Below are positions 28,487 through 41,100 of a stretch of 64,000 bases of DNA, one piece after another (the stretch's first letter is position 1; each line of letters begins with the position of its first letter). Both the position numbers and the translations under genes were made by a program. The stretch lies in the NCBI GenBank assembly GCA_965602015.1, contig OZ271918.1:3712001-3776000 (forward strand), given 5' to 3'. The notes beneath the pieces were generated by a model. The model worked only from the letters and a program-made list of their open reading frames with translations, made no database searches and was not told the origin of the DNA. The stretch is from Salinispira sp. Its GTDB lineage: Bacteria; Spirochaetota; Spirochaetia; DSM-27196; Salinispiraceae.

Positions 28487-31400
28487 GTGCCCAGCGCTCA
28501 CAGTACCGGCAAAACCCCTTTCTCCACTGTTTTTCTCCTGCTATCGGTCGTTCTCGCCATATTGGCCCCCGGAGCTTTGTGGGGGCAAAGTGCCATCCCC
28601 AATGATGCGAACAACTATCTTGCGGTTACGGGAGCTACTGCAAACGGAGATCCTGACGGTCTGCAGGTTGTGTTTTTTCGCATTCCACGTACTGAAAACA
28701 GCAGATTGTATTTTGCAGCCTATGACCCAGACCTAAATGATGCCGATACAGCAAATAACGAGCAACTAAATCCCCCGGATTTTGATGATGGTGGTGGCGC
28801 CCCGGTTTCTACGACTTTCTATTTGGTAGGCGGCGAAGGGGCATATACCAATCCACTCTCCAGGCAAACGGATTTCAGCCTTGGCAATGGTCTGGCCGAT
28901 GCCCTCATTGGCAGCGGTCAACTCGGTTCCACGGCATACACCCGGAACACCTTTCCACAGCAATGGCAATACTTCGCATCAGCACTCCCAGCTGACGGGG
29001 AAGAGGTCGGCGATTATATATATTTCAAGGTCGTCGTCTCCGCGGATGCAAATGTCCAAAAGAACGGATTCAGGCTGGATGTCTCGCTATCAGATGCAGA
29101 CAACTCAGCAATCGTTCCGGTTCCCGGTGCCCAAAGCTTTGCCTATAGTTGGAATCTGTCCCTCGTTCAAGAAACGCGAACATACAATCTTTATCCCTTT
29201 ATTCCCGAAAACACCACCGGCAATATCGTCGCATTCAATTTTGACGCGGATGCTCAGGCAGGAGGAATCGCCTCTCTTACCTTGTTTGACGGAAGTGAAA
29301 GTACAAATGCTGCGATTCCAGCCTCAAACTCAGACGTCGCCCAATCAGGACCACTCGCTATTTCAGGACCAGCCGAGACTAATCGGACCTGGCGATATGA
29401 GATTGTTGAACCAGCCGGTGCGGTGTATGTGAATCCCGCAGAATTTTGGGTTGAAAATCAGGCTGGAGACCCTCTTGCAATTTTCTCTTCGGGATTTGTA
29501 GAAACAAGATTTCCGGACCATGTTGAATCGAGTCCTGCAGCAGTACAAACCGCAACCGGTGACGTGCAGAGGATTACGCACCGGGTGGTAAGCGAAACTG
29601 GTGAAGTGTTGCCGTATATTCGCACATTCAGGGTGACTTCTGATGTTGGAAACGCCATAGTTGCCGACAGCAGTGGGTGGACGGGAACAGCGACATTTCG
29701 CGACGTATCATCCGACGGTGCAGGGCTGGCCTGGGTGGAAGTCAGCAGAGGAACAGCTGGGGATGTAAATCTGAGTATCAGCGATGTGGATCCATTTCCG
29801 GAAATAGTTGCTCATTCGGGCTCGACTATTACCTTTAATGACAATCCGCCTCCGGTGCTCACTGGTCAGAACCTGCTGTTTGTAGAAAATCAGGCGATGC
29901 CGGTTCCCCCTTATCTCACGCTGACAATAACGGACAGCGGAATCAATGATCTCGTAGCGGGAAACACCTTAGAGATAAGCCTACCGGGTTCGCTCAGCGG
30001 TCTGCAGTTTGACACCTTGCACACACCTGTCGCGAGTGTACAGGGCGGGCCTACCGGTGTCGTCGGCGCAGCAGTCTGGAACGGTACAACCCTCGAAATT
30101 CCCATTACCTTCAGTCTCGATATCGCCGGCGGAGAGTTTATTCAAATAGCCGATGTTCGCTTTCTGGATAATCCGACGCCGGCGGGCTCAGGCAATCTTG
30201 TATTAAATGAAGCTGCACCTCCCGCATTCCCCACGGTAAACGATGTTCGCACAATGACCGTCGCATCGCCCAGTTCAGTTTGGGACGGAGATACAGACAA
30301 CGATTGGGAAACCGCGACAAACTGGGTCGGTGATGTTCTGCCGGGTGACGGATTTGATGTTCTGATTCCCGACACAAGCGCGGGTAGCGGGAGGTATCCA
30401 GTTCTCACTGCGACGCCAGCCAATAGCGTCAGGAATTTACGCGTGGTGGCGAACGCCCGGCTTACCCTCGGTGGATTCACCATTACAAACACGGGAACCC
30501 TCGTTAATGAAGGACTAATTTTTTCCGATGGAACTGGTCCAGGTCTCGATTTTGATACCAACACTGGTACGGTGCGGTATACCGGGGGCGCAACGTTAAA
30601 CGTCACTACCGGCGGGGCGCAGTCTTATGGGAATCTGGAGATTCAAGGGGGTGTTTTTACTACGCCTGGAACCCTCTCATCCACCGGGGATTTCACTCTT
30701 TCCGGCAGCTCAAGCCTGACACTAGGCGCTGATATGTCAGTTAGCGGAGATACGACCTTATCGGACGCCGACTTGAATCTTGACGGTTTCGATTTTACCC
30801 AGGACGGTGGGACCCTGATTCAAAATAACAACCTGGGGTCAGTTACTTCCGCAGGTGGCTCACTGATTCTCGACGGGACGGTTTCTATTGATATGGATGA
30901 CGGCGGGGCTGTAGAAGCTCTCCCGAATTTGGTGATAACTGGGGCGGTGACATTAGCCAGCGATATTGCACTCACCGGTCTTCTCTCTATAACTGCGGGC
31001 GGTTCCCTTGATGTTTCCCCCGCGAATCACGGTATCGAATTACAGGGCAACTGGAATGTGGACGCTGCGGCTACCTTCACATCAAGAAGCGGAACCGTGA
31101 CTTTTAGCGGCGCGAACGTCCAGAATGTCGCCACCGGCGGCAGCGACGCGGCCCACGATTTTACAACCATAGCATTTGACAAGGCCGGGGGATCAGTAAG
31201 CTTTACCGAAGCGCTTGCTGTTACCTCCCTGAGTTTTCCCGGGGCGCTCGCATTTGACCTGTCTATGATCGGCGGTGCTTCCATAACTAATGCGGTGACT
31301 TTTTCTAACACCGGAACGCTGACTATCGGTGATGCAGCAGGTGATACATCGACGTTTACCAGCGGCCTGACGGCCACCGCGCCAGGTTCCAAGAGCCTGG

Positions 31401-34400
31401 CGGGCACAATATCTTCGACCGATCAGGATCTCAATTTCGGTGGTAATGCCGTCACCTTGGGCGATGATACAACTATAAATAGTGGCACAGGGACCGTCTC
31501 GCTGGCGGACGCCAACGGCGCCTTTATTCTGGAACTCATTAGTTCGGCGTCACCGTCAGTGGGCATCGTAAACGTCAACTCATTCGATATCGATCAGATA
31601 ACGGCGAACTTCTCCACGGCGTCCAGCCTGACCGCCGGTACGCTGAGCGTGAACAACGGGGCGGTTGACCTGAGTTTCACCGGCGGCATGAGCATCACAA
31701 ATGCTGTGACCTTCCCTAACAGCGGAACACTGACCATCGGTGACGGGGCAGGGGACAGTTCAACCTTCACGGGCGGTTTGATCGCCACCGATCCCAGCGG
31801 AAAGAGCATCGCCGGAAACATAGAGGCTGCGGGAACCGGAGTCATCAATTTGGGGGGCGCTGCCACCAGTGTTACCGCCAATGCACTCCTGGGAGATACC
31901 TCCACCGGGCAGATTACCCTTGCAGCTGTCACCCTGGCCGACGGCGTCACATTGACCCTGGGCGCCGGGGCTGCAACGCCGATTACCACCGGGGCTATCG
32001 ACAATACGACAACAGCGAACTCCTCGAACTTGACCATAAATACTACCGGCGCGGTGAGCCTGGGAGCTTTGGGGGCCACCCAGCCCATGAATGTGGTGAC
32101 GATAACCCAGTCCGGCGGTACGGCTTTTACGGGCAGCGTGGATGCTGCGACCGTCACCCTGACTGATACCACCGGAACCATCGACTTTCAAGGATTGTTG
32201 ACCGCTACTGCCCTTAACACTGCGTTACAAGGCTATAACCTGATTATTGACGGCGGTGCGTCGATTACCAACCAAGTTGATTTCGACAACAGCGGAACCC
32301 TGACCATCGGCGACAACCTTGGCGATACATCCACCTTCACCGGTGGCTTGGTTGCTACGGCGCCCAGCTCAAAGAGCATCGCCGGAAACATAGAGGCTGC
32401 GGGAACAGGAGTCATCAATTTAGGGGGCACTGCCACCAGTGTCACAGCGAACACACTCCTGGGCGATACGTCCACCGGACAGATTACCCTTGCAGCTGTC
32501 ACCCTGGCCGACGGCGTCACGTTGACCCTGGGCGCCGGGGCTGCGACGCCGATTACCACTGGGGCGATCGACAATACGACAACAGCAAACTCCTCTAACC
32601 TGACCATAAATACTACCGACGCGGTGAGTCTGGGAGCTTTGGGGACAACCCAGCCCATGAATGTGGTGACGATAACCCAGTCCGGCGGTACGGCTTTTAC
32701 GGGCAGCGTAGATGCGGCGACGGTCACCCTGACCGATACCACCGGCCTGATTGACTTCCAGGCGTTGCTCACCGCCGGAACCCTAAACACTGCTGCGCAG
32801 GGCTATAACCTGACCATTGACGGCGGCGCAACGATTACCAACAATGTGACCTTCAACAACAACGGCACCCTAAGCATCGGCGACAACGTGGCCGACACCC
32901 ACAGCTTTGCAGGTGGATTCACCAGCGCAGGTCCCTCCGGCGCGCCTGCGATTAGCATCTACGGCGATTTAGACAGCACCAACGCAGATCTCAGCTTTGG
33001 CGACGCCGATACGGACGTACGTTTCTATACAAATACGACCATTAGCAGCGGTACGGGAACCATCACCCTCTATGACAGCCAAGTGGATGACGCCACCACC
33101 CTCACGCTGTCCGGTGATGAAATTGACTTGCTCGGCGGAGCGTCTTCCCTGAGTCCAGGCGGAGGAACCGCCGCTCTTATCCTTCAGGCTAGCGCCGATG
33201 GGGTGACTACCGGAGTCGGCACCGGTTCTGGAGCCAGCCTCGACCTGACCACCGCTGACCTGGGGGCAATCGCAGCCGGGTTCTCTTCGGTGACCATTGG
33301 GCGGGCAACTTCGACCGCAGCTCTGACAATCGTCGGTGGGGATATCCTTTCCAACACCACCATCCAGTCGGGCAGCGGCAGTATAAATTTGACGGGCAGC
33401 ATCGGAGATGCAGCAGGCGCTATTAATCTCACACTTGATTCCTCTGCGGATATTGTTTTCGATAATGGATCCGGAATCGACGTGACAGGCGTCATTAGCG
33501 TAGATGCGGATAACAATATCGCCACGGTGGCAGCCGGCGATGTCGTAACGATCGCCTCCAACGGCGGTAATATCAACATGACTGCCGACGCGGACACATC
33601 GGGTGCAGGTGGAATCGATTTTTCCACGGATTTTACCGTCAACGCCGGGGCCGGCCAGGTCAGCCTTCAGGCCAACGATAATATTGATGTTACGGGTTTG
33701 ACGTCCACCTACGCTGCAGCGGGCGATGCGGTGAGCATTGACAGTACTGCCGGCGCAGTTACCGACGCGGGCGACACGAACACCGACATATCTGGCGGCT
33801 TAGTCAATATCACGGCGTTTGGTTCGGTTGGAGCTTCAGGTGTTGGGAACGAAATCGAAACCTCAGCTGGAAGTTTGAACATCTCAAGCACGAATGCCGG
33901 CGGCATCTGGATAAACGAAACCGATGCTGTGACCCTGATTGATATCGACACTGCCAACGGGCTTATTGCCATCACAGCCGGAGCAGCCATCGACGCCATT
34001 GATGTGACCAGCCTGACAGACAACGATGCTAACGACATAACCCTCACCGCTGCAGCCGGAAATATCGAAGTTGACGTCATCAATGCCGGGCTGGCTGCCG
34101 GCGATGTGAACCTGATTGCCGACACGGCGGCTGGACAGAGCGTGACCGATGCCGATAACAACTCCCTGGTAACTGCGGATGTAGTAACCATCACGGCTCG
34201 GGATTCCATTGGAGGGGCAGCCGGACTTGATATCAATACCAGCGCGGTAAGCATCGATGCCAGTTCTACAGAGCTTGCCGATGCCGGAGACATTTGGATA
34301 AACGAAAGCGATGCTGTGACCCTGAGTGACATCGACACAGTAGCAGGGGACATCACCATTGCAGCCGGCGGGGCGATCACCGCTACCGACGTGGTAGCCA

Positions 34401-35389
34401 CCGGCGGGTTGGTAAGCATTTCAGGTGGCGGGCAAGTTGATGCCGTTTTGGTAACCACCACGCCTGATAACGACGCCAACGACATCAGCATCAGCACCAC
34501 AAACGGTAACATCAATGTGACCACCGTCACTGCCGGAACCGGCGCGGCCTCGGACGTTAGCTTGACGGCCAATACGGCGCCTGGCCAGAGTGTGGTCGAT
34601 GCCAACGGCGCGGCGGCCAATATCACCGCAGAGGTGCTGACCATCACGGCTCAGGGATCAATTGGAGCCGCCGGGGCTGGCAACGATCTGGATACCGCGG
34701 CGGTAAGCATGGATATCTCCAGCAGTAACGCCGGCAGTATCTGGATAAACGAGACCGACGCTGTGACCCTGAGTGATATCGACACTGCCAACGGACTTAT
34801 TGCCATCACAGCCGGGGGAGCAGTGATTGCCACCAATGTGGCGGCTACCGGAGGTCTGGTGAACATCGCAGGCGGTGGTCAGGTTGATGCCGTTTTGGTG
34901 ACCACCACGCCTGATAACGACGCCAACGACATCAGCATTAGCACCACAAACGGAAACATCAATGTGACCACCGTCACTGCCGGAACCGGTGCGGCCTCGG
35001 ACGTTACCTTGACGGCCAATACGGCGGCTGGCCAGAGTGTGGTCGATGCCAACGGCGCGGCGGCCAATATCACCGCAGAGGTGCTGACCATCACGGCTCA
35101 GGGATCAATTGGAGCCGCCGGGGCTGGCAACGATCTGGATACCGCGGCGGTAAGCATGGATATCTCCAGCAGTAACGCCGGCAGTATCTGGATAAACGAG
35201 ACCGACGCTGTGACCCTGAGTGATATCGACACTGCCAACGGACTTATTGCCATCACAGCCGGAGCAGCCATCGACGCCATTGATGTGACCAGCCTGACAG
35301 ACAATGATGCTAACGACATAACTCTCACCGTTCAGCCGGAAATATCGAAGTTGACGTCATCAATGCCGGGCTGGCTGCCGGCGATGTGA
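28487..35389 (+). CDS. Giant secreted repetitive adhesin-like protein, N-terminal part (frameshift at ~35330)
   Basis: AAGGAG SD + GTG, signal peptide, WDGDTDNDWETATNW motif, Thr/Ala/Gly/Asp beta-rich repeats; frame lost within a repeat. Confidence 0.85.
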   Translation: MPSAHSTGKTPFSTVFLLLSVVLAILAPGALWGQSAIPNDANNYLAVTGATANGDPDGLQVVFFRIPRTENSRLYFAAYDPDLNDADTANNEQLNPPDFDDGGGAPVSTTFYLVGGEGAYTNPLSRQTDFSLGNGLADALIGSGQLGSTAYTRNTFPQQWQYFASALPADGEEVGDYIYFKVVVSADANVQKNGFRLDVSLSDADNSAIVPVPGAQSFAYSWNLSLVQETRTYNLYPFIPENTTGNIVAFNFDADAQAGGIASLTLFDGSESTNAAIPASNSDVAQSGPLAISGPAETNRTWRYEIVEPAGAVYVNPAEFWVENQAGDPLAIFSSGFVETRFPDHVESSPAAVQTATGDVQRITHRVVSETGEVLPYIRTFRVTSDVGNAIVADSSGWTGTATFRDVSSDGAGLAWVEVSRGTAGDVNLSISDVDPFPEIVAHSGSTITFNDNPPPVLTGQNLLFVENQAMPVPPYLTLTITDSGINDLVAGNTLEISLPGSLSGLQFDTLHTPVASVQGGPTGVVGAAVWNGTTLEIPITFSLDIAGGEFIQIADVRFLDNPTPAGSGNLVLNEAAPPAFPTVNDVRTMTVASPSSVWDGDTDNDWETATNWVGDVLPGDGFDVLIPDTSAGSGRYPVLTATPANSVRNLRVVANARLTLGGFTITNTGTLVNEGLIFSDGTGPGLDFDTNTGTVRYTGGATLNVTTGGAQSYGNLEIQGGVFTTPGTLSSTGDFTLSGSSSLTLGADMSVSGDTTLSDADLNLDGFDFTQDGGTLIQNNNLGSVTSAGGSLILDGTVSIDMDDGGAVEALPNLVITGAVTLASDIALTGLLSITAGGSLDVSPANHGIELQGNWNVDAAATFTSRSGTVTFSGANVQNVATGGSDAAHDFTTIAFDKAGGSVSFTEALAVTSLSFPGALAFDLSMIGGASITNAVTFSNTGTLTIGDAAGDTSTFTSGLTATAPGSKSLAGTISSTDQDLNFGGNAVTLGDDTTINSGTGTVSLADANGAFILELISSASPSVGIVNVNSFDIDQITANFSTASSLTAGTLSVNNGAVDLSFTGGMSITNAVTFPNSGTLTIGDGAGDSSTFTGGLIATDPSGKSIAGNIEAAGTGVINLGGAATSVTANALLGDTSTGQITLAAVTLADGVTLTLGAGAATPITTGAIDNTTTANSSNLTINTTGAVSLGALGATQPMNVVTITQSGGTAFTGSVDAATVTLTDTTGTIDFQGLLTATALNTALQGYNLIIDGGASITNQVDFDNSGTLTIGDNLGDTSTFTGGLVATAPSSKSIAGNIEAAGTGVINLGGTATSVTANTLLGDTSTGQITLAAVTLADGVTLTLGAGAATPITTGAIDNTTTANSSNLTINTTDAVSLGALGTTQPMNVVTITQSGGTAFTGSVDAATVTLTDTTGLIDFQALLTAGTLNTAAQGYNLTIDGGATITNNVTFNNNGTLSIGDNVADTHSFAGGFTSAGPSGAPAISIYGDLDSTNADLSFGDADTDVRFYTNTTISSGTGTITLYDSQVDDATTLTLSGDEIDLLGGASSLSPGGGTAALILQASADGVTTGVGTGSGASLDLTTADLGAIAAGFSSVTIGRATSTAALTIVGGDILSNTTIQSGSGSINLTGSIGDAAGAINLTLDSSADIVFDNGSGIDVTGVISVDADNNIATVAAGDVVTIASNGGNINMTADADTSGAGGIDFSTDFTVNAGAGQVSLQANDNIDVTGLTSTYAAAGDAVSIDSTAGAVTDAGDTNTDISGGLVNITAFGSVGASGVGNEIETSAGSLNISSTNAGGIWINETDAVTLIDIDTANGLIAITAGAAIDAIDVTSLTDNDANDITLTAAAGNIEVDVINAGLAAGDVNLIADTAAGQSVTDADNNSLVTADVVTITARDSIGGAAGLDINTSAVSIDASSTELADAGDIWINESDAVTLSDIDTVAGDITIAAGGAITATDVVATGGLVSISGGGQVDAVLVTTTPDNDANDISISTTNGNINVTTVTAGTGAASDVSLTANTAPGQSVVDANGAAANITAEVLTITAQGSIGAAGAGNDLDTAAVSMDISSSNAGSIWINETDAVTLSDIDTANGLIAITAGGAVIATNVAATGGLVNIAGGGQVDAVLVTTTPDNDANDISISTTNGNINVTTVTAGTGAASDVTLTANTAAGQSVVDANGAAANITAEVLTITAQGSIGAAGAGNDLDTAAVSMDISSSNAGSIWINETDAVTLSDIDTANGLIAITAGAAIDAIDVTSLTDNDANDITLTVQPEISKLTSSMPGWLPAM
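31721..32860 (+). repeat. Two tandem ~570-bp (190 aa) intragenic repeats
   Basis: AAAGAGCATCGCCGGAAACATAGAGGCTGC at 31801 and 32371. Confidence 0.88.
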
Positions 35390-38133
35390 ACCTGATTGCC
35401 GACACGGCGGCTGGACAGAGCGTGACCGATGCCGATAACAACTCCCTGGTAACTGGGGAAGTAGTAACCATCACGGCTCGGGATTCCATTGGAGCGGCAG
35501 CCGGACTTGATATCAATACCAGCGCGGTAAGCATCGATGCCAGTTCTACAGAGTTCGCCGATGCCGGAGACATTTGGATAAACGAAAGCGATGCTGTGAC
35601 CCTGAGTGACATCGACACGGTAGCAGGGGACATCACCATTGCAGCCGGGGGAGCAGTGATTGCCACCAATGTGGCGGCTACCGGAGGTCTGGTGAACATC
35701 GCAGGCGGTGGTCAGGTTGATGCCGTTTTGGTGACCACCACGCCTGATAACGACGCCAACGACATCAGCATTAGCACCACAAACGGAAACATCAATGTGA
35801 CCACCGTCACTGCCGGAACCGGTGCGGCCTCGGACGTTACCTTGACGGCCAATACGGCGGCTGGCCAGAGTGTGGTCGATGCCAACGGCGCGGCGGCCAA
35901 TATCACCGCAGAGGTGCTGACCATCACGGCTCAGGGATCAATTGGAGCCGCCGGGGCTGGCAACGATCTTGATACCGCGGCAGTGAGTATGGCTATCTCC
36001 AGCAGTAACGCCGGCGGCATCTGGATAAACGAAACCGATGCTGTGACCCTGATTGATATCGACACTGCCAACGGGCTTATTGCCATCACAGCCGGAGCAG
36101 CCATCGACGCCATTGATGTGACCAGCCTGACAGACAACGATGCTAACGACATAACCCTCACCGCTGCAGCCGGAAATATCGAAGTTGACGTCATCAATGC
36201 CGGGCTGGCTGCCGGCGATGTGAACCTGATTGCCGACACGGCGGCTGGACAGAGCGTGACCGATGCCGATAACAACTCCCTGGTAACTGCGGAAGTAGTA
36301 ACCATCACGGCTCGGGATTCCATTGGAGCGGCAGCCGGACTTGATATCAATACCAGCGCGGTAAGCATCGATGCCAGTTCTACAGAGCTTGCCGATGCCG
36401 GAGACATTTGGATAAACGAAAGCGATGCTGTGACCCTGAGTGACATCGACACAGTAGCAGGGGACATCACCATTGCAGCCGGGGGAGCAGTGATTGCCAC
36501 CAATGTGGCGGCTACCGGAGGTCTGGTGAACATCGCAGGCGGTGGTCAGGTTGATGCCGTTTTGGTGACCACCACGCCTGATAACGACGCCAACGACATC
36601 AGCATTAGCACCACAAACGGAAACATCAATGTGACCACCGTCACTGCCGGAACCGGTGCGGCCTCGGACGTTACCTTGACGGCCAATACGGCGGCTGGCC
36701 AGAGTGTGGTCGATGCCAACGGCGCGGCGGCCAATATCACCGCAGAGGTGCTGACCATCACGGCTCAGGGATCAATTGGAGCCGCCGGGGCTGGCAACGA
36801 TCTGGATACCGCGGCGGTAAGCATGGATATCTCCAGCAGTAACGCCGGCAGTATCTGGATAAACGAGACCGACGCTGTGACCCTGAGTGATATCGACACT
36901 GCCAACGGACTTATTGCCATCACAGCCGGAGCAGCCATCGACGCCATTGATGTGACCAGCCTGACAGACAATGATGCTAACGACATAACTCTCACCGCTT
37001 CAGCCGGAAATATCGAAGTTGACGTCATCAATGCCGGGCTGGCTGCCGGCGATGTGAACCTGATTGCCGACACGGCGGCCGGACAGAGCGTGACCGATGC
37101 CGATAACAACTCCCTGGTAACTGGGGAAGTAGTAACCATCACGGCTCGGGATTCCATTGGAGCGGCAGCCGGACTTGATATCAATACCAGCGCGGTAAGC
37201 ATCGATGCCAGTTCTACAGAGTTCGCCGATGCCGGAGACATTTGGATAAACGAAAGCGATGCTGTGACCCTGAGTGACATCGACACGGTAGCAGGGGACA
37301 TCACCATTGCAGCCGGGGGAGCAGTGATTGCCACCAATGTGGCGGCTACCGGAGGTCTGGTGAACATCGCAGGCGGTGGTCAGGTTGATGCCGTTTTGGT
37401 GACCACCACGCCTGATAACGACGCCAACGACATCAGCATTAGCACCACAAACGGAAACATCAATGTGACCACCGTCACTGCCGGAACCGGTGCGGCCTCG
37501 GACGTTACCTTGACGGCCAATACGGCGGCTGGCCAGAGTGTGGTCGATGCCAACGGCGCGGCGGCCAATATCACCGCAGAGGTGCTGACCATCACGGCTC
37601 AGGGATCAATTGGAGCCGCCGGGGCTGGCAACGATCTTGATACCGCGGCAGTGAGTATGGATATCTCCAGCAGTAACGCCGGCGATATCTGGATAAACGA
37701 AACCGATGCTGTGACCCTCACTACCATCGACACGGTAGCCGGGGATATCACCATTACCGCTGGCGGAGCAGTGAACGCCGCTAATGTGGCGGCCACCGGC
37801 GGTCTGGTGAATATTGCAGCCGCAGGCTTGCTTGAAGCAGTATCGGTAACGACCACGCCGGATAATGATGCCAACGACATAATTCTCAGCACGACCATTG
37901 GGAATATCGAAGTCACGACCGTCACTGCCGGGCTCGGATCGGCGTCGGATGTCACCCTGACGGCGAATACGGCGGCTGGCCAGAGTGTGGTCGATGCCAA
38001 CGGCGCGGCGGCGAACATCAGTGCTGATGTGCTTACCATCGATGTTCAGGGGAATATTGCTGCGGCGACAGCTGACGATGACCTGGATATCAATGCAAAC
38101 GCCCTGGACGTGGCAAGTACCAACGCCGGGGGC
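33905..38133 (+). repeat. Modular tandem array of 387-bp (X) and 447-bp (Y) units, order X-Y-Y-X-Y-X-Y-X-Y-Y'
   Basis: IWINE-coding anchors at 33905, 34292, 34739, 35186, 35572, 36019, 36406, 36853, 37240, 37687 and 38134. Confidence 0.92.
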
Positions 38134-41100
38134 ATCTGGATCAATGAGACGAATGACCTGACGGTGACCGGAGCCGATACCGCTTCAGGCGACGTGGTTT
38201 TGAACGTCGGCGCAAGCGTTACCCTCGATATGTCCGCCGCCGATACCATGACGGTTAGCGGCGGAGACGTCACCGTCAACGCCGAACTGGAAATCCTGGC
38301 TAGCGGGATTCCCAATGGAAACAGTCACATTTTCACCGACGGAAGTGTGAATCTCAATACAAACGGCACAACTGGTCAGGCAATAGGGGAAGGCCCGGCG
38401 AACGCCTTCCCTTATTCGTTGCCCTACAGGCCCATAGTTTTTGAGGATACGCTGAATGAGCTGAACATCAGCGGGCGCTTGACCAACGGCGCATTTATCA
38501 TGGGAAATCCCGGCGAGCTTGCATTGGGGACGGTAAATATCACCGGAGCTATCTCCTTCGATATTTACAACGGTGGCACGATTTACCTGACCCGGGATTT
38601 GACGACCAACGGCGCTGGTATCAGTTTCGTTCAGCCGGTCCGGCTTCGTCCGACGGTGGGCAACCAGATCAACATCGCCACTTCAGGCGGAGCAGTGACA
38701 TTTACCGGCACCCTCGATGACGACGATGTGGCCGGCCCGGGTACTAATATACTGGCCATTAATACAACAGCGGGAGGTCTGACATTTACCGGTGCCGTGG
38801 GATCCAACGACGCGCCTTTGGGCCTCGACCTGACTGCGGGAGCCGTCTCCATAGACGGGGGCATGAACCTCGATGCCAACGGCCTCGATGTCACCCATTC
38901 GGGGATTCTCGACATCGCCGATATCACCAATGCGGCCGACACCGCGACCTTTGATGTGATTTCCGCCGGAGACGTCACCAGCACAGGAACCGGAACGGCG
39001 ACAATCGCAGGCGACATCCGCCTCACTGCCGGTAACCTAACTTTCAACAGGCCGGTAACCCTCACCGGCGGCGTAGCCCTGGAGTCCGCCGGAAACCTTA
39101 CGGTCAATAACACCCTGGACGGCGCCCAGGACCTTATTCTCGACGTCGCCGGCGCTGCGCAGTTCAACGCGGCTGTTGGAACCGGTACGCCTATCGGCGA
39201 CGGTACCGGCGCGGCGTTAACGGTTAACTCCGCCGGAACCACCGAGTTTGTTTCTACTCTGGAAACGGCTGAAGGGTTGAATCAGGATAACGCCGCCGGG
39301 GAAATCACATTCCGGGAAAATGTAGATATAAATGCCGGGGGCACCGCCACGGCCTTTAATGCGGACCTCACCCTGGACGGCATGACCCTGACCTCCGCCG
39401 GAGCAGTGAGCTTTGGCAATGCCCCGGGCGACATTTTGACCCTGTCTACCGCTGCGGTAGCCGTCGACACCTCGGCGAACAATTCTACGGTGACCTTTGC
39501 CGGCGACGTTCTCGGCAACGGCATAAACCTGACGGTCGACACCGGGCAAAGCGGCGGGGGTACAGTTAACGTGCTTGCCGATCTCGGTCAGGCTGGAAGC
39601 AGAATCGGAACGTTGGAGATAATCTCTGACCTTATCAATCTCGGCGGGTCAGGAATTTACAGTACAGGCGATCAAGTTTACGACACTGAACCCGGTGACT
39701 CCGGCACCCCGGTCGCCGATACCGAGGGAACGGGAACGACACTGGAGTTCGCCGCCAACGGAGCCATAGACGCCGGTGGGTCCGATATCTATTTCGACGA
39801 CCTGTACATCGACATGACGGGAATTACCGTTACCCCGGCTAATGTCGGAACCATTTACACCGACCGCTTTACCTTCTTCAACGGCAGCCTGGACCTGGCG
39901 GCCGCGACACCGACCATCCGAACCAGCGACGACTTTGTCGTTCTGGGATATGCCCTGTCAAACGCCATCGATGACCCGGAACGGGGCCCTGCAGTAAACG
40001 AATGGGAATACCCGGAAATGGCAGATTTCGGGGCCTTTGACCCCGGTCTACCGTACACAGCAAGCTTCGCAGGCGGCCCGGGATTGAACGGCATTACCCT
40101 CATTGTCGATTCCGACGGATCGGCGGGTCCCGCAGGCGATGATGCCGGGGATTTTTACGTGAACGGCACCGACCTGGCGGCTACGGCGAACTGGACCCTC
40201 ACGCTGCCGGACAACAGCGCTTCCCAGCCCCTGACCTTTGGCCCCTGGGGGCGACCATACGCTGTCGTGCTAAACAGCGCGGTTAGCCGGTCCCAGCTCG
40301 GGGCCGGAGTTACCGCGGTCATCAATGCCGGCGGCGAAACCGCGGCTGGCATAAGCACCGACGGCGGAAACAACACGAATTATGATTTCGCTGCGGTGTA
40401 CACCCAGCCGTCGATTGCCAACGGCTACGCTGCCGTGGCGACACCCGCGGCGGGAAGCGGCTACTACGGCTGGGATTTCACCCAGACCGATGTGGAGTCG
40501 GCGGCCATAGTCAAGGACGACCTTCTGCGGGTTACATTCAACAAGCCGCTTATCAATGTCAACGGCGAGCTCAACAGCGCCGTTGCCGGCGGACTCTTTG
40601 TAGCCGACCCGGCGGACGACGCCGTAGCCTTCCTCCAGGCCTTTCTGGACGGCGATGCCGCCGCCGGTGATTCGCCGGTCGTTGACCCGGTTCAGGATAT
40701 TGCCGGCCGAAGCGACTATATGCTTAAAACCATCTATCTCAGGCTGCCGGCGGCTTCCAACAGCAGCTGGCGCACCGACGCCACCGGCTCTGCGGCCCCC
40801 GGGGCACAGAACGGCGGACTCGGCTGGGCAAGCAGTACCGATTCCCTGGGCCGGCGAGACCTGCCGGCTGCGGCAACCGACTTCGGCGACCTGATACCCG
40901 ACCTCCGGTTCATAAAGGGCGGCGTGTACGGCTCTGGCGGCGGCGATTACGTCATCGCCGATGAAGCCAACTCCGATGATATATTCAACCTTGCGCTGGA
41001 TGAAGCCGGCCCGGTTCTCTGGCGCATCGAGGTGGGCAGGGCGGACCATGCGGCCGACACCCTGGTTCCCGCCGACACGGCGGACGCCCACAACTACTTC

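Noticed and set aside
35386..35400. Independent start of the 2731-aa ORF
   Set aside because: The GTG lies mid-repeat with no SD or signal peptide; explained by the upstream 1-bp deletion.
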